A stretch of DNA of 64,000 bases from a virus, in IMG/VR virus record IMGVR_UViG_3300044984_001443, positions 5,608-69,607 of that record; one strand, given 5' to 3'. Positions 58,087 through 64,000 of this stretch are shown here, piece by piece (within the stretch, counting starts at the first letter, position 1; every line of letters starts with the position of its first letter). A model generated the notes under the pieces. It did not search any database. It had not been told where the DNA came from and saw only the letters and a program-made list of their open reading frames with translations. Position numbers and translations under genes: made by a program.

Positions 58087-59193
58087 ATGAGTCATGAATT
58101 AGATTTTAGCACCGGCGAAGCTGCGATCGCATATACAGGAACGAATGTTCCTTGGCACGGCCTGGGATTTAACCTTGAAAAAGGTGCGTCTATTGAGGAC
58201 TGGTCAAAAGCTGCACGAATGGAATGGGAGATTTTCCGTGCTCCTGTGAAGTTTGATGTGGTTAATGACATTGCGAATGTCGACGAACTGACAAAGACTC
58301 TTATCTATCCTGACAAGCATGTCTTATATCGCAGTGATACGAACAGCCCGTTGTCAGTAGTTAGTCCGTCGTACAACATTGTGCAACCTCAGGAAGTGCT
58401 TGAGTTTTACCGTGACCTCGTCGGTACGGCGGATATGCAACTTGAGACAGCAGGTGTTCTGTTTGGCGGGCGGCGGTTCTGGGCCTTGGCTAATACCGGA
58501 AGAATGGTTGACCTTGCCGGTACGAAGGTCGACGGAAAGACAATACCCGACACAGTCAAAGGTTATCTCTTGTTGACTACGTCATGCGATGGTACGTTGG
58601 CAACGACGGCGCAATTCACCAGCGTTCGCGTTGTCTGTAATAATACCTTGTCTGTTGCAACGAAGGATAACAATACGCGCATTCGTGTTCCTCACAATCG
58701 GGTCTGGAAACCTTCGGAAGTCAAAGAACAACTTGGCTTCGTTGACGAAGGTTGGAATAAGTTCTCGCAGCAATTGAAGTTGCTTTCGCAAGCAACTGCG
58801 CCGCGTGATCGTGCCGTAGAGTATTTAGTGACTCTATTTGGTGATCTTGATGTTGTTCAACGTCCGAAGCCAGCGGGTAATCGGGAAGGTGAGAATGACG
58901 CATTCTTGAAGGCGAGTCAAGATTGGTGGGATGAAACCATTGCCTCTCAATCACCTGCGGTGACACAGAAATGTGCCAACATCTGGTCGTTGTTTTCCGG
59001 AGAAGGTATGGGTAGCGATTATACGAGCAGCGATGGAACTTGGTTCGGTTTGATGAACGCTATCACCGAAACAATGGATTACCACACCTCGCACCGTACT
59101 ACTGACAGTCGCTTGAACAATTCCTGGTATGGTGCAGGAAACGCGCTGAAGACCAAGGCGTTTGAACTTGCACTTGACTACGCCACGGTTTAA
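58087..59193 (+). CDS. DUF932 family phage/plasmid protein
   Basis: PWHGLG, LYRSDT..PL.VVS..Y.IVQP.EVLEFY, LETAGVL.GGRRFWALA, SCDGTLAT, RVVCNNTL, GTWFGL.NAITE. Confidence 0.85.
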   Translation: MSHELDFSTGEAAIAYTGTNVPWHGLGFNLEKGASIEDWSKAARMEWEIFRAPVKFDVVNDIANVDELTKTLIYPDKHVLYRSDTNSPLSVVSPSYNIVQPQEVLEFYRDLVGTADMQLETAGVLFGGRRFWALANTGRMVDLAGTKVDGKTIPDTVKGYLLLTTSCDGTLATTAQFTSVRVVCNNTLSVATKDNNTRIRVPHNRVWKPSEVKEQLGFVDEGWNKFSQQLKLLSQATAPRDRAVEYLVTLFGDLDVVQRPKPAGNREGENDAFLKASQDWWDETIASQSPAVTQKCANIWSLFSGEGMGSDYTSSDGTWFGLMNAITETMDYHTSHRTTDSRLNNSWYGAGNALKTKAFELALDYATV

Positions 59194-59228
59194 ATGACGC
59201 TGCCGCATGGCATAATACCCATGCGGCA
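59188..59228 (+). promoter_or_regulatory. promoter with -10 CATAAT in loop of a 10-bp inverted repeat
   Basis: TGCCGCATGG-CATAATAC-CCATGCGGCA; weak -35. Confidence 0.55.
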
Positions 59229-59256
59229 TTTACCGCTAACTGAATAGGGGTACGAA

Positions 59257-59649
59257 ATGTTTGAAACTATGTTGCGTGAAATGTTACTTCATCTGGTTCG
59301 TGAAGATGCGGAGTTTCGCAGTGAAATTTATGGTCTGTGTGAGGAGCAATATAATCGTTCTGTTGGTGTGGCGGTTCAGTACGTTATTCTGAACGACGGT
59401 ATTGCGAAAGCTACGATTAGGCAAATGATAAAGCAGTCACTTGAAGAAGATGGTGATATACAGGACGTCATTCGCAAGCAAGCGACAACGGATACCGGTG
59501 AGTTGATTATCGATATGATTGAACGTGACCTGTCTGTTAATCAAGCGTTGATAAGCAAAATCGAACTGGTATTAGAAGACAACCCGTTTATTGCTGAAAC
59601 GATAGACGACAAAATTAAAGACCTAACCTTCGAGGTATCTGTATCTTGA
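59257..59649 (+). CDS. hypothetical acidic protein
   Basis: ORF with AGGGG RBS. Confidence 0.65.
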   Translation: MFETMLREMLLHLVREDAEFRSEIYGLCEEQYNRSVGVAVQYVILNDGIAKATIRQMIKQSLEEDGDIQDVIRKQATTDTGELIIDMIERDLSVNQALISKIELVLEDNPFIAETIDDKIKDLTFEVSVS

Positions 59650-59888
59650 CCAACAACCTTGTCAATCTTTTCCCTACAACCAACGATGTTCAATCGGAAA
59701 CACCTGAGCAGTTGTTGGAGCGCACGTTGCCAGTTATCAAAGGCTGCGATAAGGTGATCATCATTACCGTTGATGATCGCGCTGGTTTCTGGCAGACCAA
59801 TATCTTCAAAGCCGGGGCGTCAAATGCTGAAGCAAACTTGGCAGTTGACATTGTTAAACGTCATCTGTTAGATACGATTACTTCGTAA
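59646..59888 (+). CDS. hypothetical protein
   Basis: TTG start with GAGG RBS, overlap with upstream stop. Confidence 0.55.
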   Translation: MTNNLVNLFPTTNDVQSETPEQLLERTLPVIKGCDKVIIITVDDRAGFWQTNIFKAGASNAEANLAVDIVKRHLLDTITS

Positions 59889-59901
59889 GAAAGGAAAGAA
59901 C

Positions 59902-60057
59902 ATGGATGTCGAACTTGAACTTTATTTACCTGAAGACTTATACAATAAGTTGCTGCAAACTGCGAACCTTTCAGATCAATCGATTCAGGATGTGGTGCGC
60001 GTTTTGCTTGCAATCGTTGTGTTAGAAGGAGCTGAAGATGATTCAATTGACGCTTGA
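59902..60057 (+). CDS. ribbon-helix-helix (Arc/CopG-like) DNA-binding protein
   Basis: manual translation MDVELELYLPEDLYNKLLQTANLSDQSIQDVVRVLL...; AAGGA RBS. Confidence 0.5.
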   Translation: MDVELELYLPEDLYNKLLQTANLSDQSIQDVVRVLLAIVVLEGAEDDSIDA

Positions 60058-60220
60058 AGATGGAAGTATCGGACTGATCAATGAACAACAGATTCTTGCT
60101 GTTACGCCGAATGATCAGAATCCTCAAACAACGGATGTCTTTGTTGCAGGTGAACTTTGTATCCCTGTGCAGGAAAAGGTAAGTGAGATCCTCGCGCTTA
60201 TTCAAATGAAGTTCAACTGA
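60038..60220 (+). CDS. FlbD/SwrD-like small protein
   Basis: MIQLT.EDG....IN..QI.AV......T.V...GE..I.VQE.V.EI..LI pattern; AAGGAG RBS. Confidence 0.5.
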   Translation: MIQLTLEDGSIGLINEQQILAVTPNDQNPQTTDVFVAGELCIPVQEKVSEILALIQMKFN

Positions 60221-60235
60221 GAGCGAAAATAGTTG

Positions 60236-60263
60236 TTGCTTTTGACGGTGGTCGTAGTATAAT
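60236..60263 (+). promoter_or_regulatory. sigma70-like promoter TTGCTT-16-TATAAT
   Basis: perfect -10; predicted start coincides with 5' end of a long stem. Confidence 0.65.
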
Positions 60264-60271
60264 TCTTGGTA

Positions 60272-60434
60272 GTGGGATAGGTTGTATAAGTTCTGAGTTG
60301 TTGCTTAGATATTCCGGGTATCTAAGCTGAGTTGGGGAAGTGCCACCACATCCGTGACCAACGATATGCGAGGCGAGAGCTTCGAGTGTTGAGGTAGGTG
60401 GGTAGCAACTCAGAACTTATGCAACTTATCCCAC
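60272..60434 (+). ncRNA. putative structured ncRNA with 31-bp closing stem
   Basis: 60272-60302 pairs with 60404-60434 with three G-U wobbles; internal hairpins GCTTAGATA/TATCTAAGC and CGAGGC-GAGA-GCTTCG. Confidence 0.65.
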
Positions 60435-60480
60435 CCCTTATCTTTTAAACATTTTGCCGGAATGGCAATAGGAGAATCAA

Positions 60481-60987
60481 ATGTCTGATGAAATGATGGT
60501 TGCTGAGAAAGCCGGTATGTTGGTTGGTACGACTGACGAAGGTGCTGTTGAGGTTATCGGTTGGGTGATGGCAGGTGATGAGTATGACCTGCGCGAAGGT
60601 GAAACTCTGGTTACGCATCACAAGACCGCTGAGAAATTGGGTGTTGGCGATATGTTCAAGACCATGAAAGCTGAGAACGCCCCGGTGAAAGCCAAGAAAG
60701 AAAAGGTCGAAGGTGAGCCGGGTGAACGTGCTGCTCGTGAGCGTTTCGAACTGACTCCTGAAATGAACTTCGAAGTGCTGCGCCCTGACTTCGTTGCCGC
60801 AACTACTGAAGATGATCGCGGTGAAACCTATCGCCTGCTGTTTGATTTGAAGAACGTCGGTAAGTTCTTTGAAGCGACCAAAGGTTATAAGTTCATCGGC
60901 GAGCGTGACGGTAAAGAGAAGTTCTGTACCGCTCGCGAATGCGTAGTCTATGCCTTCAAACGCGGCGCTATCACACGCCCTGCTTAA
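60481..60987 (+). CDS. hypothetical protein, probably highly expressed
   Basis: TAGGAG RBS, biased codons. Confidence 0.75.
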   Translation: MSDEMMVAEKAGMLVGTTDEGAVEVIGWVMAGDEYDLREGETLVTHHKTAEKLGVGDMFKTMKAENAPVKAKKEKVEGEPGERAARERFELTPEMNFEVLRPDFVAATTEDDRGETYRLLFDLKNVGKFFEATKGYKFIGERDGKEKFCTARECVVYAFKRGAITRPA

Positions 60988-61025
60988 TTGAACTCCCTTG
61001 TAGCGTTCTCACTAAACGCTGCTTT

Positions 61026-61061
61026 GCCCGCCCAGTCTTCGGATTCGGCGGGCTTTTTCTT
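61026..61061 (+). terminator. intrinsic terminator
   Basis: GCCCGCC...TTCG...GGCGGGC followed by TTTTTCTT. Confidence 0.8.
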
Positions 61062-61171
61062 GGGCGTTATACGACGCGTTTTAAGGCGTTAGAGCACAGC
61101 AAGGTATGCCGTACTATATGCAAGGTAACTCTGATGCGCTGTAGGCGGTCGTATATGGGTTAAATAGTGGC

Positions 61172-61200
61172 TTGCTAAAGAATTAAACCTTGGCTACCAT
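61172..61200 (+). promoter_or_regulatory. sigma70-like promoter TTGCTA-17-TACCAT
   Basis: hexamers; family member. Confidence 0.6.
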
Positions 61201-61242
61201 GCAATTGCCGTTATGTAACGGTTTATCTTATAGGGGCTAGAA

Positions 61243-61320
61243 ATGAAACACTTTGAACAGCATCAATTCTACTGGTTTGTCGCACTTCCTTGTGATCTTC
61301 CGCGTTGCTATCTTATCTAA
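61243..61320 (+). CDS. 25-aa peptide
   Basis: manual translation MKHFEQHQFYWFVALPCDLPRCYLI; first ORF after promoter, TAGGGG RBS. Confidence 0.45.
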   Translation: MKHFEQHQFYWFVALPCDLPRCYLI

Positions 61321-61330
61321 GGAGAATGAA

Positions 61331-61363
61331 ATGAGCGATTACGAAATGGTTGCGATTCTCTAA
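61331..61363 (+). pseudogene. orphaned original 5' end (MSDYEMVAIL*) of gene 62041-62232
   Basis: strong TAAGGAG RBS; EMVAIL repeated in the downstream gene's N-terminus. Confidence 0.75.
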
Positions 61364-61409
61364 CACTTGTGGTACAATTTACAATGTACCATACTTAATG
61401 GAGAGTATC

Positions 61410-62054
61410 ATGGAATGGAGGTCTTTGGAAGAGTTTCCCAGTTATCAATTTTCAGACACAGGTCTTGTTAAGAAAGGCGACAAGTATGTGAACGTACATT
61501 TCTGGGGAAGATACCCTGCGGTAAGTTTATCAAATGGTTTTATGAGAAAGAGATTCAGAATCCATCGTGTTGTCGCATTGCTGTTTATTGGACCTTGTCC
61601 AGATGGGCAAATGGTTAGACATCTAGATGATGATCCTGAGAACAATAATGTTTCCAATCTTGCTTATGGAACCAGAGAAGATAACATTGCAGATGCCATT
61701 CGTAACGAAAGATTTAAGAAAGGTGACGAACATCATTCTAGAATAAATCCTGAATGTATGGCGAGCGGTGATAGAAATGGTGCAAGAACTCACCCTGAAA
61801 GTTTATCTAGAGGAGATAAGCATTGGACAAAACTCGACCCTGAAAAGTTGGCAAAAGGTAATAAACACGGTTCTAAAACTCATCCAGAAAGAGTGGCGAG
61901 GGGTGAACGGTGTGGCGCATCAAAGTTGACACAAGAGGCGGTTGATGAAATACGAGCTACTGAAAATTACTATGGTTGTGTGAATGCGTTGGCTAAGAAG
62001 TTCAACGTGAATCGGCAAACTATTACAAAGGTCAGAAAACATGAAACATGGTGA
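61410..62054 (+). mobile_element. free-standing NUMOD4-HNH homing endonuclease with C-terminal 15-aa repeats
   Basis: MEWRSL..FP.YQFSD.G (NUMOD4), IHRVVA..FIGP.P, VRHLDDDPENNNVSNL.YGT.EDN, repeats (H/D/N)PE...(R/K/S)G, C-terminal HTH. Confidence 0.9.
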
Positions 62055-62232
62055 TCAGTTTGAAATGGTAGCAATCTTAATGGCGCGTGACGGTATGTCT
62101 CGTGAAGAGGTCATGGAACAAATCAACGGGTTCAAGGAAGAGATCTTGATCAACGGTTGTTACGATGTTGAGGAAGACTTTATGTTAGAGTTCGGACTTG
62201 AACCTGATTACTTGGTTGATATTTTGTTTTAA
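62041..62232 (+). CDS. conserved small phage protein (HNH target gene, recoded N-terminus)
   Basis: LMARDGMSREE...FGLEPDYL.D pattern. Confidence 0.7.
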   Translation: MKHGDQFEMVAILMARDGMSREEVMEQINGFKEEILINGCYDVEEDFMLEFGLEPDYLVDILF

Positions 62233-62243
62233 GGAGAAATGAA

Positions 62244-62387
62244 ATGTCTAACCTTTCAGGTAAAAAGTGGTTCTATTCGATGGGTCAAAGGGATGCTTCC
62301 GTCAATAAGCGCATGTTGAATCGTAAGCAAAGTTCTTGGCCCGCGTGGGCTAGAAGTGCTTATGTCAATGGTTTTCACGGGCTTTAA
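62244..62387 (+). CDS. 47-aa basic protein
   Basis: manual translation MSNLSGKKWFYSMGQRDASVNKRMLNRKQSSWPAWARSAYVNGFHGL; TAAGGAG RBS. Confidence 0.55.
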   Translation: MSNLSGKKWFYSMGQRDASVNKRMLNRKQSSWPAWARSAYVNGFHGL

Positions 62388-62394
62388 CCTGCGC

Positions 62395-62439
62395 TTGTTA
62401 CCGACGTTGCGGCATTGCATAATTTGCTTGCCGCAATGT
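62395..62439 (+). promoter_or_regulatory. sigma70-like promoter TTGTTA-17-CATAAT, -10 in loop of an inverted repeat
   Basis: ACGTTGCGGCA/TGCCGCAATGT arms; near-copy of the 57751 promoter. Confidence 0.65.
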
Positions 62440-62461
62440 TGCGGCTTATAGGAGAAACGAA

Positions 62462-62662
62462 ATGAGCGCTGTAGAAGAACTTCAATTGAGAATCTGCAAA
62501 GCACCTTGTTCAGATGAGGTTTATAAGATCGTTGAAGATGCGCTGAACGTAATTGGTCACCTTGAAGCAACCTTGGCGTTTCGTAACTTTGAAGTTAAGC
62601 GGTTGACGGAAAAGAACCAACGTCAGGTCAAAATGCTTGAACAATGTGGATACGGAGAATAA
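62462..62662 (+). CDS. hypothetical protein
   Basis: TAGGAG RBS. Confidence 0.6.
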   Translation: MSAVEELQLRICKAPCSDEVYKIVEDALNVIGHLEATLAFRNFEVKRLTEKNQRQVKMLEQCGYGE

Positions 62663-62663
62663 A

Positions 62664-62900
62664 ATGATCAAAGTCAACTTCGAAGTTACCGATACGTTCG
62701 GTGGTGAAGCGAACTATGCGTGGGTCAATCGCGGCAGCGTGGAGTTCAAGAAACAGCCGACGCAACGGCAGATTGTTATCGCGTTGAAGAAGTTCGCAGG
62801 ATTGGTCGGTATTCGGTGTCGTAAGGATGACTACGGTGATCAAATTGTGTTACATCCTGCCGGTCAGTGTATTGTCGCTTTTGCTAATGTGGAGTATTGA
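62664..62900 (+). CDS. conserved phage hypothetical protein
   Basis: EVTDTFGGEANYAWV.R motif. Confidence 0.65.
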   Translation: MIKVNFEVTDTFGGEANYAWVNRGSVEFKKQPTQRQIVIALKKFAGLVGIRCRKDDYGDQIVLHPAGQCIVAFANVEY

Positions 62901-62901
62901 A

Positions 62902-63138
62902 ATGAAAACCTTTATTCTTATTGTGTGCGCTGTTGTTTATGCGACAGCAGTTCTTATGTTCTTCGATTGGGAGCTCTTGCTGTTCTTGACTCCGTTCCTT
63001 GTCTTGCTTGCGTTCGTTGTTTGGAACGGTCTTGCTTATTCAAGGGAGATGGATGATCTTGCTGAACAATATGAACGGGAACAAGAATTCACCGTTGTTG
63101 AGAAGGACGGGTTGACTTATGTGGAGCCAAAGAAATGA
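62902..63138 (+). CDS. 2-TM membrane protein
   Basis: two hydrophobic segments, GGAG RBS. Confidence 0.6.
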   Translation: MKTFILIVCAVVYATAVLMFFDWELLLFLTPFLVLLAFVVWNGLAYSREMDDLAEQYEREQEFTVVEKDGLTYVEPKK

Positions 63139-63368
63139 GAACAGTTGAATTAGAACTCGACTTTCCGATTGATGTGCCAATGGATAAACTGTTCAATGCG
63201 ATTGGTTATCTTTCAACATGGAACACGAACTATCCGAAAGTTTCAATCTATCGTGATAACAAGTCTCCTAACCTGATGGCACATTACTTCAAAGAGAACG
63301 GAGACTGCGGATATACAATCGGTGCTATCTGGGATGGAACTTGTCAGAGTTATTCGTTTCACTCTTAA
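63135..63368 (+). CDS. hypothetical protein
   Basis: ATGA overlap; ends YSFHS. Confidence 0.6.
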   Translation: MRTVELELDFPIDVPMDKLFNAIGYLSTWNTNYPKVSIYRDNKSPNLMAHYFKENGDCGYTIGAIWDGTCQSYSFHS

Positions 63369-63373
63369 ACCTG

Positions 63374-63394
63374 TCCGCCGCAAGGCGGATTTTT
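63374..63394 (+). terminator. intrinsic terminator
   Basis: TCCGCC-GCAA-GGCGGA-TTTTT. Confidence 0.8.
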
Positions 63395-63569
63395 ATTTGC
63401 TGCGATTAGTCAGGTGATCGTTTGATTGGCGTTGTTGGCGCAGTTCACCGACCGTTTTAACGCACCAGAGCAATGTGGTGTATAGGGTATGTTAGGTAAC
63501 GCTGCTCGGTGCTGCGTTTGGTGGCTTGTTGCTTGTCCCTGCGGCATGTTTTGCATGGTAAATTGGCGC

Positions 63570-63953
63570 TTATACGGCGCAATTTACGGCAAGCCACTGA
63601 ATCAAGTTCAACATGAATGGTGAGTGTCTGCGGATATACACACCGAGACTAGAACAATCAGTCATGCGATCATCGTAGTCAAGAAATCGTATATCCTTGT
63701 TATATTCTGTAACGACCCATGCCTTACCATTGGTAAGATTGTGAGCATGAGACCAGTTCAACTGCTCAAAAGAAACAACGTAGTCTTGAGTCTTCGTCTC
63801 TAGCCAGCAGGTGAATCCGTTGAAGCTGAAGTAATTGTCGGGTACACCTGATCCTGTTGATGTTTCGATCCGCTGAAGCATCCATCTCCCTTTGGGTAAG
63901 AGTTTAGATAGTTGGTTCTTGAGTTTGGCGTGGAGTTTCTGTTCGGGTGTCAT
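63570..63953 (-). CDS. VRR-NUC/Holliday-junction-resolvase-like PD-(D/E)XK nuclease
   Basis: E......K...RIET..G.GVPD......WLETK......EQLNW motif. Confidence 0.7.
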   Translation of the reverse strand: MTPEQKLHAKLKNQLSKLLPKGRWMLQRIETSTGSGVPDNYFSFNGFTCWLETKTQDYVVSFEQLNWSHAHNLTNGKAWVVTEYNKDIRFLDYDDRMTDCSSLGVYIRRHSPFMLNLIQWLAVNCAV

Positions 63954-64000
63954 GTCATTTACCTTTGTTTAATTACCTGCAATTGAACTTAAATGCAGGT

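Noticed and set aside
60272-60434. Retron msr-msd
   Set aside because: The flanking inverted repeats are suggestive, but no reverse transcriptase (YxDD) is present in the window
1-64000. tRNA genes, integrase or repressor module
   Set aside because: No cloverleaf with a T-loop GTTCRA motif and no recombinase motifs found by eye; tRNAscan-SE/ARAGORN would be needed to exclude tRNAs fully

Overview
The window is most or all of a ~64 kb tailed dsDNA phage genome, probably a lytic podovirus-like phage of a Gram-negative host (it has Rz/Rz1 spanins; no integrase or tape measure is evident). Nearly all genes are on the + strand. The order is terminase and polyvalent-domain genes, portal, lysis, capsid (with GroES), tail, ejection proteins, a non-coding control region (~36.2-36.8 kb), replication (SNF2, AEP primase, UvrD, family-B polymerase, ligase), then many small early-type genes. 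Main findings: (1) A thymidine-hypermodification-type gene set: dUMP hydroxymethylase-like ThyA and an aGPT-Pplase1-family protein, combined with a GT-B glycosyltransferase, a HAD-phosphatase/kinase fusion and a TagD-like cytidylyltransferase. This suggests an undescribed sugar- or polyol-modified base. (2) About ten sigma70-like promoters and one 151-nt tract are nearly free of GA/TC dinucleotides, apart from one GA 14-16 nt upstream of the -10 box, which may be the footprint of that modification. (3) Two free-standing HNH cassettes inserted into genes, each supplying a recoded replacement end for the gene it interrupted. (4) A ~163-nt structured ncRNA with its own promoter. All assignments come from reading motifs by eye; no database searches were run.
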